Assembly (NCBI GenBank): GCA_947258375.1
Contig: CAMYIJ010000017.1
Coordinates: 9,966 to 73,965, forward strand
DNA from: an uncultured Acidimicrobiaceae bacterium
Lineage (GTDB): Bacteria > Actinomycetota > Acidimicrobiia > Spongiisociales > UBA5794
DNA length: 64,000 nt
Reading direction: 5' to 3'
Part shown: positions 30,424 to 38,450 of the stretch, one piece after another
Numbering within the stretch: the first letter of the stretch is position 1
How the letters are laid out: each line of letters starts with the position of its first letter
Notes under the pieces: generated by a model
What the model was told of the DNA's origin: nothing
Databases searched by the model: none
What the model saw: the letters and a program-made list of their open reading frames with translations, nothing else
Made by a program: the position numbers and the translations under genes

Positions 30424-30523
30424 CCCTCCGCAAGCACTGCCTCCGCAAACGATGCCTCTGCAAACGATGCCGTCCGCGAACCTCGTTCTACCGGAATGGT
30501 TCTCCCGGAATGGTTCTCCCGGA
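30424..30523. repeat. Two adjacent tandem-repeat sets in the uvrA upstream region
   Basis: Four 15-nt units span 30424-30483: CCCTCCGCAAGCACT / GCCTCCGCAAACGAT / GCCTCTGCAAACGAT / GCCGTCCGCGAACCT. Then CCGGAATGGTTCTC occurs twice plus a partial CCGGA (30491-30523). Confidence 0.9.
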
Positions 30524-30632
30524 CGACGGTGAGTCTACCCGGCCCCTGTGACAGAATTACACGGACGTAGTGCGCTCTCCGCCGAGAATCCCCCGCCGGC
30601 TAGCACGCCATCGATGGTGAGCCTCGACTCCC

Positions 30633-31841
30633 TCAGAGAGGCCTTGCCGCAGTGCCGCGATCGCCGCCGCGGACACCTAGAGACACCGCCACTGCTGCAA
30701 CCAGGATCGCAGTGAGCACGACGATTAGGACCGTGGTGTTGATGGCAGGCGCGGTGGCGACGTAGAGCCAGCCGCCAAGCCACGCGGCGAAAGCGAGCGG
30801 CCGTACCCGGCCATCGAGATCCACCAGCAGCAGCAGTGCCACCGCGCCGACGCCGGCCTCGTAGAAGAGTGACTGCGGGGCAACCAAGGTGAGCCCGATG
30901 GCGGCCACCGCGTAGCGGACCGCCACAGAAGTTGTGGGCCGCCGCCACAACCACACGATGGCAAGTACGCCCGCCGCGCCGACGATCGCGGCAAGTATCC
31001 GCCCGGCACTCTCCCCCATGCCGGTGAGGTGTTCGAGGTAACCAGGCCATGACACGAAGAGATCTCCGTTGGCCGTGGCGTTGGTGTCCCGGAAGGCCGT
31101 TGCCTGCTCCCACCACCATCCCGCCCAACCCCAGCCGGCCACCGCGGCGCCGGCCGCGTACAACACAAACCATGCCCCGGCGGTGCCGAGCGCAACCCGC
31201 CACCGCCCGCTGAGAGCAACCACCACGGCCAGAGGCACACCGTATTGCGGTTTGTAGGCCAGCAGGCCGACGGCCGCTCCGGAAATCACCGGGTATCCGG
31301 AGGCCTCGGCGCGGGCGGCCCCTGCGATGAGCAGCATCGTGAGCGCGGTGTTCTGACCACCGATGAGGGACGCCAGCAAAGGTTGGAAGAAAACCGCGGC
31401 GGCAATCACCGCGGCCGGATACTTCCGCGCAACGGAACTCAGCGGGCGCAGCAGAAGAACTGAGGCGACCGCGGCGGCGGCCATCAACAACATCTGGGCC
31501 AGGTAGGCGCCCCGATACCCGAGTGACGACAGCCACGAGTAGCCCGTGGCCACAAACGGCGGGTACGCGAAGAAGAGAACACCATCCTCGTTCTCTAGGA
31601 GACCTCTTTGCGCCGCCCGCTGCACTTCCAGGTCGTAGAGATCGTCGTAGCCGTCGTCGGCCACGATGGAGCCCGCCGCATAAAAGGCGGGGAAGTCGCC
31701 ACCAAGTTGGCCGCTGTCGTCGGGCGCAACGAGAGCGCCCAGGAACATCACCACAGCCAGCGTTACCAGAGCCGCCAGCGGAAGCACCTTGAGCCGAAAA
31801 CGCCGCCGCGACGACACCGCCGGCGCCGTCGACTGATCCAT
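30633..31841 (-). CDS. GT87/DUF2029-family membrane glycosyltransferase candidate
   Basis: GGDFPAFYAAGSIVADDGYDDLYD...FFAYPPFVA matches the DUF2029 signature, followed by about 10 TM helices. ATG 31841 (track ORF runs to 32024). Confidence 0.7.
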   Translation of the reverse strand: MDQSTAPAVSSRRRFRLKVLPLAALVTLAVVMFLGALVAPDDSGQLGGDFPAFYAAGSIVADDGYDDLYDLEVQRAAQRGLLENEDGVLFFAYPPFVATGYSWLSSLGYRGAYLAQMLLMAAAAVASVLLLRPLSSVARKYPAAVIAAAVFFQPLLASLIGGQNTALTMLLIAGAARAEASGYPVISGAAVGLLAYKPQYGVPLAVVVALSGRWRVALGTAGAWFVLYAAGAAVAGWGWAGWWWEQATAFRDTNATANGDLFVSWPGYLEHLTGMGESAGRILAAIVGAAGVLAIVWLWRRPTTSVAVRYAVAAIGLTLVAPQSLFYEAGVGAVALLLLVDLDGRVRPLAFAAWLGGWLYVATAPAINTTVLIVVLTAILVAAVAVSLGVRGGDRGTAARPL

Positions 31842-32059
31842 GTCACCCTCGAGAACCGATTCCACCCCACAGTATCGGAATCGCACGAAGTGACTTGACT
31901 TTGCCTGCCAACCGGGTGGTAGCTGAAAGGGCCGCGGTCGCTGCGACGATTCGAGTGACACGGGAGCAGGTGCCAATCGAACGACTTCGGGACGGGTCAC
32001 CAGGGGGGCCTCACTGCCCTCCACGGCGGTGCACGGAAAACAAAAGCGGCCCAGTCAAC

Positions 32060-33031
32060 TCAGCGTGCGATGGCTGTGCGCAGCCGGTCCAGAGCGGCCA
32101 GCCCGGCGTCACTCTTCGCACTCTTCAGGGCTTCGGCGGCAGGCTTGAGAACGGCCATAGGCTGCCTCGGAGTCCATTCGATATGGGCGAGAGTTGCCAC
32201 AAGACGCTCGCGAGCAGAGTGGTCGATGATGCCGAGGCTCCAGATGAAATGCTTGAGGAGCTGCGCACCGGAGCCCTTCAACGACTCTTTCGGTCCGCGG
32301 GGCCACCATTCGGTGAGCCGTGCACCCACAACTCCCGACCCGATCGCCTCGAGGATGGGCGTGGCCTTTGTGGCCCATGTCTTCGGCATCGTCATCTGCT
32401 CGCCGACTCTCATAGCCAATACAAGACGCTCCCAACAGGCCCGCTCGTCGCCGTCGATGTCCGCTAGCGCTGCTCGGACGGTGTTGATCCACCAAGCCGC
32501 TCTGGAACCCTGCAAACCGTTGACATCGGCGTCGAGGACGACCAGGAGGTCGGCGCTTCGCCTGATCGCCTGTACCGACGTGCTGCCTGTGGGAAGCGCA
32601 GCTGCGTAGGCCTGAATCGCCTGTCCGAGAGCAGTGGACCAGCCCTGGTCTCGAAGCCGCGCCATCGCCAGGTCGAAGGGAAGCCGTGTGTCAAGGCCAT
32701 GTCCGCAGTCATGCCGGGCGGAAAGAAGCACATGCGCCAGGGCGGCTTCGTCCAATGTTGGTTTCGTTTTCCCGATGATGCCAGCGGCGGCGTAGAGGAG
32801 TGGCCCACGCCGCACGTCACCAGTATCCCGAAGCCGCGGCATCTCGTCGTAGGCCGCCAGCAAGAGTCCGGCGCGCTCTTCGTCGGTCAACGCAGCGATC
32901 GCCGTCTCGAGTTGAGTCCTCGCCTCTTCCGAGGGCCCCCACGGGTGCACCACGGCAGTCGTCGCGGTGATAATCTGGGATGAGACCTCGGTGCCCGTGG
33001 CCAGGAGCTCAAGGGTCGTAGCTGGCTTCAT
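32060..33031 (-). CDS. Hypothetical protein (323 aa, predicted soluble, helix-rich)
   Basis: Long ORF between uvrB and the GT87-like gene. No motif recognised. Confidence 0.55.
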   Translation of the reverse strand: MKPATTLELLATGTEVSSQIITATTAVVHPWGPSEEARTQLETAIAALTDEERAGLLLAAYDEMPRLRDTGDVRRGPLLYAAAGIIGKTKPTLDEAALAHVLLSARHDCGHGLDTRLPFDLAMARLRDQGWSTALGQAIQAYAAALPTGSTSVQAIRRSADLLVVLDADVNGLQGSRAAWWINTVRAALADIDGDERACWERLVLAMRVGEQMTMPKTWATKATPILEAIGSGVVGARLTEWWPRGPKESLKGSGAQLLKHFIWSLGIIDHSARERLVATLAHIEWTPRQPMAVLKPAAEALKSAKSDAGLAALDRLRTAIAR

Positions 33032-33107
33032 TCACCAGCAGCGTAGCCCCGCGATCGCAACTTTCCAGCCTCCGGCTCCCCACGGTGCATATAGGAAGGC
33101 CCAACCC

Positions 33108-35120
33108 CTACGCGGCCCCATCCATCAGCTCGCGGTGCTCTCTCTTCAGCTCGTTGACCTCGTCGCGGAGGCGGGCGGCGTACTCGAAACGCAGTTCGGC
33201 GGCGGCTTCGTGCATCTCTTCCTCGAGGCTCTGAATGAGTCGGCCGAGATCGTCGATCGACAGGTCGAGGGGCTCGCGGCTCCGCAGCTCGCGCGCCCGA
33301 CGGTCCCCCGTGCCCGAGTCTCCGGAGCCAACCAGTTCGAGAATATCGCTGATGCGTTTGCGGATCGTCTGCGGATCGATGTCGTTGGCGGTGTTGAAAT
33401 CGACCTGGAGCCCCCGGCGGCGGTTGGTCTCGCTGATCGCCCTCTGCATGGAGTTCGTGATGGCGTCGGCGTACATGATCACCTGTCCATCCACATTACG
33501 GGCGGCCCGGCCGATGGTCTGAATCAGGCTGGTCTCCGACCGCAGGAATCCCTCCTTGTCCGCATCAAGGATGGCCACCAGGCTCACCTCAGGGAGGTCG
33601 AGACCCTCACGCAGCAAGTTGACTCCCACGAGCACGTCATACTCACCGAGCCGCAGTTCCCGCAGGATCTGAACTCTCTCGAGAGTGTCGATGTCGGAGT
33701 GGAGATACCGGGCCTTGACACCGAGCTCCAACAGGTAGTCGGTGAGATCCTCTGACATCTTCTTGGTGAGCGTGGTCACCAGAACGCGCTGGTCATTCTC
33801 GGCCCGCAACTGGATCTCACCGACGAGATCGTCGATCTGGCCCTTCGTCGGCCGCATCACAACCTCGGGATCGACCAGGCCGGTGGGACGGATCACCTGC
33901 TCGACAACCCGTGACGAGACCTCCAGCTCCCATTTGGCCGGCGTCGCCGACAGCAGGAGAACCTGCCCCGAGATCTCGCTCCACTCTTCGAACGTGAGCG
34001 GCCGATTGTCCCGGGCGGAAGGGAGCCGAAAACCGTGCTCGACGAGCATATCTTTGCGACTCCGATCCCCGGCATACTGGCCATGGATCTGGGGAATCGA
34101 CACGTGCGACTCGTCGATGATGGTGACGTAGTCATCCGGGAAGTAGTCGAGCAGGCAGTAGGGCCGCTCCCCGGCCTCCCTGCCGTCGAGGAACCGCGAG
34201 TAGTTCTCGATTCCGCTGCAGAACCCCACCTCACGCATCATCTCCATGTCATAGGAGGTGCGCATACGAAGCCGTTGCGCCTCGAGCATCTTGCCCTGCT
34301 TCTCCAGTTCACCGAGACGTTCTGCGAGCTCTACTTCGATCCCCGCGAGAGCCCGCAACATGCGCTCCCTACCCGTCACGTAGTGGGTGGCCGGGTAGAC
34401 AAAAAGCTCATGTTGCTCATCGAGGACTTCGCCGGTCACTGGATTCATACGGAGGATCCGTTCGACTTCGTCACCGAAGTACTCGACCCGGTAGATGAAC
34501 TCCTCATAGGAGGGGAAGATCTCGAGCGTGTCGCCCTTCACCCGGAACTTGCCGCGGATCAGGTTGACCTCGTTGCGCTCGTACTGAATGTCGACGAGAC
34601 GGCGCACGGCGTGCTGCATTGGATACTCAACCCCGCCGACCACCCGAAGCAACTGGCCTTCATACTGCTCGGGTGAACCAAGCCCGTAGATCGCCGAAAC
34701 CGAGGCGACGATGATTACATCACGCCTCGTGAGCAGCGCCGCCGTCGCAGAGTGCCGCAGCCGATCGATCTCATCGTTGACCGTCGATTCCTTCTCTATG
34801 TATGTGTCTGACTGCGGGATATAGGCTTCCGGCTGGTAGTAGTCGTAATAGCTGACAAAGTACTCAACACGGTTGTTCGGGAAGAACTCCCGGAACTCAT
34901 TGGCCAGCTGCGCTCCGAGTGCCTTGTTCGGCGCCAGGACGAGCGCCGGACGTTGCACCTGCTCGATCACCCACGCCATCGTGGCCGATTTGCCCGATCC
35001 GGTGATCCCGCGCAGCGTCTGGAAGCGGTCACCACGTTTGAGCCCCTCAGCGAGCGCGGCAATCGCCTCTGGTTGATCACCGGCGGGCTGGAAATCGGAT
35101 TTGACGACGAACGGCTCCAC
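33108..35120 (-). CDS. uvrB: Excinuclease ABC subunit B
   Basis: [12 protein letters not shown] Walker A, DESH box ([11 protein letters not shown]), helicase C motifs and the C-terminal UVR domain ([11 protein letters not shown]). Confidence 0.95.
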   Translation of the reverse strand: MEPFVVKSDFQPAGDQPEAIAALAEGLKRGDRFQTLRGITGSGKSATMAWVIEQVQRPALVLAPNKALGAQLANEFREFFPNNRVEYFVSYYDYYQPEAYIPQSDTYIEKESTVNDEIDRLRHSATAALLTRRDVIIVASVSAIYGLGSPEQYEGQLLRVVGGVEYPMQHAVRRLVDIQYERNEVNLIRGKFRVKGDTLEIFPSYEEFIYRVEYFGDEVERILRMNPVTGEVLDEQHELFVYPATHYVTGRERMLRALAGIEVELAERLGELEKQGKMLEAQRLRMRTSYDMEMMREVGFCSGIENYSRFLDGREAGERPYCLLDYFPDDYVTIIDESHVSIPQIHGQYAGDRSRKDMLVEHGFRLPSARDNRPLTFEEWSEISGQVLLLSATPAKWELEVSSRVVEQVIRPTGLVDPEVVMRPTKGQIDDLVGEIQLRAENDQRVLVTTLTKKMSEDLTDYLLELGVKARYLHSDIDTLERVQILRELRLGEYDVLVGVNLLREGLDLPEVSLVAILDADKEGFLRSETSLIQTIGRAARNVDGQVIMYADAITNSMQRAISETNRRRGLQVDFNTANDIDPQTIRKRISDILELVGSGDSGTGDRRARELRSREPLDLSIDDLGRLIQSLEEEMHEAAAELRFEYAARLRDEVNELKREHRELMDGAA

Positions 35121-35165
35121 GGAGCCAGCGTACCGGCTGCCACCGACAGGAAAGTCAGCGCTGCC

Positions 35166-35756
35166 TCAGGATGGCCCGATCGTTTCCCAGAGCTCTTCCG
35201 CCGCCTCCTCCAATTCGGCCAGCGACCCGACGTTGGGAACGACCCAATCGGCACGAGCGTGCCAGGCCTCCTCCGGGGGCTGGGAATCCATCCGGGCCAC
35301 GATGTCCGCGGCGGTAGCGCCTCGCCCGAGCGCCCTTTCCATTCTGAGTTCCCGCGGCGCTTCAACGAGAACCCAGGTCCAGCCTCCGCCGAGGATGTCG
35401 GCGACCAGGGGCAACTCGACAACTACGGGGCTCTCACCGGCTGCCAGCGCCCGCCGCTCGATCTCCGCCGCGATCAAAGGGTGGGTGATCGCCTCCAGTT
35501 CTGCGAGCTGCTCCGGGTCGTTGAATACGATGGCGGCCAGGGCCCCGCGGTCGATCTCACCTTCGGCCACGACGCCCGGCCACCGTTCGGCGACGGCCGC
35601 AGCCGCCGCCCCGGCGGGCCGGAGAACCTCGTGGCCGATGAGGTCTGCCTCGATGACTATGGCGCCTTGCTCAACGAGCAGTTCTGCGAAGGTCGACTTG
35701 CCGGAGCCAATGCCGCCGAAGACCACTACACGTATTGGATTACCCGATTCAGCCAC
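35166..35756 (-). CDS. coaE: Dephospho-CoA kinase
   Basis: IRVVVFGGIGSGKSTFAELL P-loop. GTG 35756 gives 196 aa. The longer track ORF extends antisense into the kinase gene. Confidence 0.85.
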   Translation of the reverse strand: MAESGNPIRVVVFGGIGSGKSTFAELLVEQGAIVIEADLIGHEVLRPAGAAAAAVAERWPGVVAEGEIDRGALAAIVFNDPEQLAELEAITHPLIAAEIERRALAAGESPVVVELPLVADILGGGWTWVLVEAPRELRMERALGRGATAADIVARMDSQPPEEAWHARADWVVPNVGSLAELEEAAEELWETIGPS

Positions 35757-35780
35757 GGAGCGACTGTACCCTGGCACGGC

Positions 35781-37289
35781 ATGGCCACCAATATTGACAA
35801 CTGGGAGCAACGGGTCGACTGGACGCTTTCGGCGATCCTGTGGATCGGCTTCGGCTTTGGCCTGATCCTGTCGGCGGTCCGCCTGGGGGCGACGCCCGGA
35901 GTGTCCCTCGCAACGGTCTTCGCCGGCACCTACGTGGTCGCCATGCAGATCATTCCGCGCCGGGTGCGCAACGGCGCCCAACTGGGCGAAACCCTGGCCA
36001 TCATCGGAGTGGTCGTCGCCCTCGTGGCCGTCGCGCTGACAGGCGGACTTGATTCCGGGTACGTGATCTTTCTCGTGGCCCCGGCTTTTTTCGCCGGAGC
36101 CTTCCTCGGCCTGCGCGTCGGCCTCGAGACGGCGCTGCTTGCGTCCATCGGTCTCATCGTTGTCGTGGCAGCCCTCAGCCAAGAGGTGCTGAACGCCCGC
36201 GTTGTCGAGTCGATTTCCCTGTTTGTTCTAATCGCGCTGACGATGTCACAGATGCGTCGGATCCTCGTTGAGGAGCAGATTCGCTCCGATGAGCTCGCCG
36301 CAACAACAGAGCTGCGCATCAGCCGTCTCGAGACGGCCCACGATCTGCTTCAAAGCCTCTCGAACCTCGCCAGCGCGGCAGAGCTCAACCCCGTGACGGT
36401 AGGACAAGCCGCGCTGCGTGATATTGCGGCCCGTGTCCCCTTTGCGGCGGGGCAGGTCATGGTGACGGCCGGCACGAACGATGTCGTGGCGGCGACCAGG
36501 GGCGAACCGGACCTCGATGTCGAGCCCCAGGAGTATCAGATCCGAATCGCTGATCGAACCGTTGGCCGACTGCTCCTGTGGCCCCAGCCCGATACGGAAC
36601 TCGGCGGCTGGCGTGAGTCGATCGAGCTGGCCCTTCAGCCGGTCGCCATCGCGTTCGAGAACTCCCGCCTGCTCCAGCAGATCGCCCACAAAGCCGTGCG
36701 AGGCGAGCGGTCCCGAATCGCCCGGGAGCTCCACGACGACATTGGACCGTCACTGGCTTCGCTCGGCTTGTCAATCGACATGGCGATTCATCAGTTCGAG
36801 ATCGGCCCGGACGTCAGCCGCCATCTCGACACCACTCGGCGCCACGTCACCGCCCTGATCGAGACCGTGCGGGGCGCGGCCGCCGACCTCCGGGAAGATG
36901 GTACCGAGAGTCTTGTCGAGAAAGCTCATGCGCTGGCAGCCGATGTCGACGCCGATGGACCGTCGGTCATCGTGACTCTCGATGAACGCCGACCACCACG
37001 AGGAAGCACTGCGGTCGAGATCAAGGCCATCCTGACGGAGGCATTTCGCAACGCGGTGGCGCATTCCGGCTCAACCACCGTTTCGGTCAAGGGTATCGTT
37101 GACAGAGACGCCGGGCGTATTGTTGTGACAGACGACGGCACGGGTTTCGATCCGTCCGCGACGCCGCCCGGCCACTTCGGGCTTGTCGGTATGAAGGAAA
37201 GAGCGGCCAACATCGACGCGGACCTCGAAATCACGTCACGTCCGGGTGTCGGCACCACAGTTTCTATCTCATGGGGAAGGCACAAGTGA
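35781..37289 (+). CDS. Sensor histidine kinase, NarL-partner type (HisKA_3)
   Basis: Five or six N-terminal TM helices, a GAF-like middle region, an H-box RIARELHDDIGPSL and HATPase_c (VTDDGTGFD...GLVGMKERA). ATG 35781. Confidence 0.85.
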   Translation: MATNIDNWEQRVDWTLSAILWIGFGFGLILSAVRLGATPGVSLATVFAGTYVVAMQIIPRRVRNGAQLGETLAIIGVVVALVAVALTGGLDSGYVIFLVAPAFFAGAFLGLRVGLETALLASIGLIVVVAALSQEVLNARVVESISLFVLIALTMSQMRRILVEEQIRSDELAATTELRISRLETAHDLLQSLSNLASAAELNPVTVGQAALRDIAARVPFAAGQVMVTAGTNDVVAATRGEPDLDVEPQEYQIRIADRTVGRLLLWPQPDTELGGWRESIELALQPVAIAFENSRLLQQIAHKAVRGERSRIARELHDDIGPSLASLGLSIDMAIHQFEIGPDVSRHLDTTRRHVTALIETVRGAAADLREDGTESLVEKAHALAADVDADGPSVIVTLDERRPPRGSTAVEIKAILTEAFRNAVAHSGSTTVSVKGIVDRDAGRIVVTDDGTGFDPSATPPGHFGLVGMKERAANIDADLEITSRPGVGTTVSISWGRHK

Positions 37290-37924
37290 GTATCCGGGTA
37301 GCCCTCGCCGACGACCACCGGCTTCTGCTCGAGGGCCTTGCCCAGGCACTCAACGGTATCCCGGACATCGATGTCATCGGAACGGCCGTCGACGGCGCCG
37401 ACCTGATCGAGTTGGTAGCGGCCACCGAACCCGACGTCATCCTGGTCGACATCGAGATGCCCGGGACGTCGGGCCTGGCAGCACTGGCAGAAATCCGAAA
37501 CGGCCCGCCGGCCATCGTCGTGACGATGCACGCCGACCAGGAACACCGCTCTAGAGCCCAGGCCGTCGGCGCCGTCGGATTCATGTCGAAATCGACTCCG
37601 CTGCCCGACCTGGCGGCTGCCATCCGGGCCGCCGCGGCCGGCGAATCGCTCATGAACGACGACGCCGAAACCATCCTCGCCATGCACCAGGACCCCGTCT
37701 TATCGGCCGGGGCCGCGGCACTAACGGCTCGGGAGAAGGAGCTACTCGGCATGCTCGCTTCGGGCGTCAGCAGCACGGATGACCTGGCGAACAGGCTGTT
37801 CATATCGCAGAAGACCGTCAAGAACCACCTGGCGTCCATCTACGAGAAGCTCGACATCACTGATCGGGCCCAGGCGGCCGTTGAGGCAATACGGCTCGGC
37901 CTGCGGCGCGACCCTGACGACTGA
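37286..37924 (+). CDS. Response regulator, NarL/LuxR family
   Basis: Receiver (IRVALADDHRLL...VILVDIEMPG) plus a C-terminal LuxR HTH (LTAREKELLGMLASGVSSTDDLANRLFISQKTVKNHLASIYEKL). GTG 37286 overlaps the kinase stop as GTGA. Confidence 0.88.
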   Translation: MSIRVALADDHRLLLEGLAQALNGIPDIDVIGTAVDGADLIELVAATEPDVILVDIEMPGTSGLAALAEIRNGPPAIVVTMHADQEHRSRAQAVGAVGFMSKSTPLPDLAAAIRAAAAGESLMNDDAETILAMHQDPVLSAGAAALTAREKELLGMLASGVSSTDDLANRLFISQKTVKNHLASIYEKLDITDRAQAAVEAIRLGLRRDPDD

Positions 37925-37953
37925 GCCCAAAGGTCGAGATGTTCGCCTCCGTC

Positions 37954-37985
37954 ACTCTCCGTGTCGACGGCCCCGACTCTCCGTG
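37954..37985 (+). promoter_or_regulatory. Direct repeat ACTCTCCGTG x2, 22-bp period, upstream of flp
   Basis: Exact 10-mers at 37954-37963 and 37976-37985. They lie between the response regulator stop and the flp start. Confidence 0.3.
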
Positions 37986-38076
37986 CAGAATGGGCCGCCA
38001 GACCCATGGCGCAGTCAAGCCTCGATGACATAGACTTGTGGAGGACCACCCTGGCCAATATAGGAGGTAGGCAGAA

Positions 38077-38256
38077 ATGCTTCGCATGTGGACGGCTCTC
38101 CAGAGCCGCTTTGTAGCCGATGAAGAAGGCGCCAGCCTTGTTGAGTACGCACTGCTCGTCGCTTTGATCGCAGTCGTCGCTCTCATCGCGATTCGTTTCC
38201 TCGGAGAAGAGGTTTCGAGCGAGTTCAACAGCGTCGGAAGCGTTGTAACGCCGTAG
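38077..38256 (+). CDS. flp: Flp-family type IVb prepilin (59 aa, below the ORF-track cutoff)
   Basis: MLRMWTALQSRFVADEEG/ASLVEYALLVALIAVVALIAIRFLGEEVSSEFNSVGSVVTP. It has the G/xxxxEY processing motif plus a hydrophobic helix. AGGAGG (38062-38067) lies 9 nt upstream of the ATG. A strong terminator follows. Confidence 0.8.
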   Translation: MLRMWTALQSRFVADEEGASLVEYALLVALIAVVALIAIRFLGEEVSSEFNSVGSVVTP

Positions 38257-38290
38257 TCGGCATCTCGGCAAACAAGCCGAAGAACAAGCG

Positions 38291-38324
38291 GGAAGGGCGC
38301 CCAATCGGGCGCCCTTCCTTTTTG
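38291..38324 (+). terminator. Rho-independent terminator of flp
   Basis: Perfect 12-bp stem GGAAGGGCGCCC / GGGCGCCCTTCC, loop AATC, then TTTTTG. Confidence 0.75.
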
Positions 38325-38334
38325 TCGTCTCGAA

Positions 38335-38428
38335 CCGTGTTCTTGCGGATATCCGTGCGTTCTTCTGGATACCCGTGCGTTCTTGCGGATATGCGCGCCG
38401 ATATCGGCGCGTCTGTCCGCAAGAACGG
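38335..38428. repeat. Three ~20-nt direct repeats plus an inverted fourth copy flanking an 18-bp perfect palindrome
   Basis: CCGTGTTCTTGCGGATAT (38335-52), CCGTGCGTTCTTCTGGATAC (38353-72), CCGTGCGTTCTTGCGGATAT (38373-92), palindrome CGCGCCGATATCGGCGCG (38394-38411), and the inverted copy TCCGCAAGAACG (38416-27). Confidence 0.9.
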
Positions 38429-38450
38429 ATTGATGGGCCTGGATCGCTCG

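Noticed and set aside
30474-30490. A canonical LexA SOS box (GAAC-N4-GTTC) upstream of uvrA.
   Set aside because: The best candidate, CGAACCTCGTTCTA (AGAACGAGGTTCG in uvrA sense), has N3 spacing between GAAC and GTTC, or else lacks the G of GTTC at N4. It is therefore reported only as an SOS-box-like pattern, not as a LexA site.
30424-30523. A CRISPR array was considered for the tandem repeats at 30424-30523, 38335-38428 and 52723-52813.
   Set aside because: The units are 7-20 nt and directly abutting, with no unique spacers. No cas genes are in the window.
38059-38064. A sigma-70-like promoter for flp: TTGTGG (38036-38041), a 17-nt spacer, then TATAGG (38059-38064).
   Set aside because: The -10 element would overlap the strong AGGAGG SD (38062-38067). 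It would place the transcription start downstream of the SD, which is inconsistent with SD-dependent translation. One of the two readings must be wrong, and the SD is the better match.
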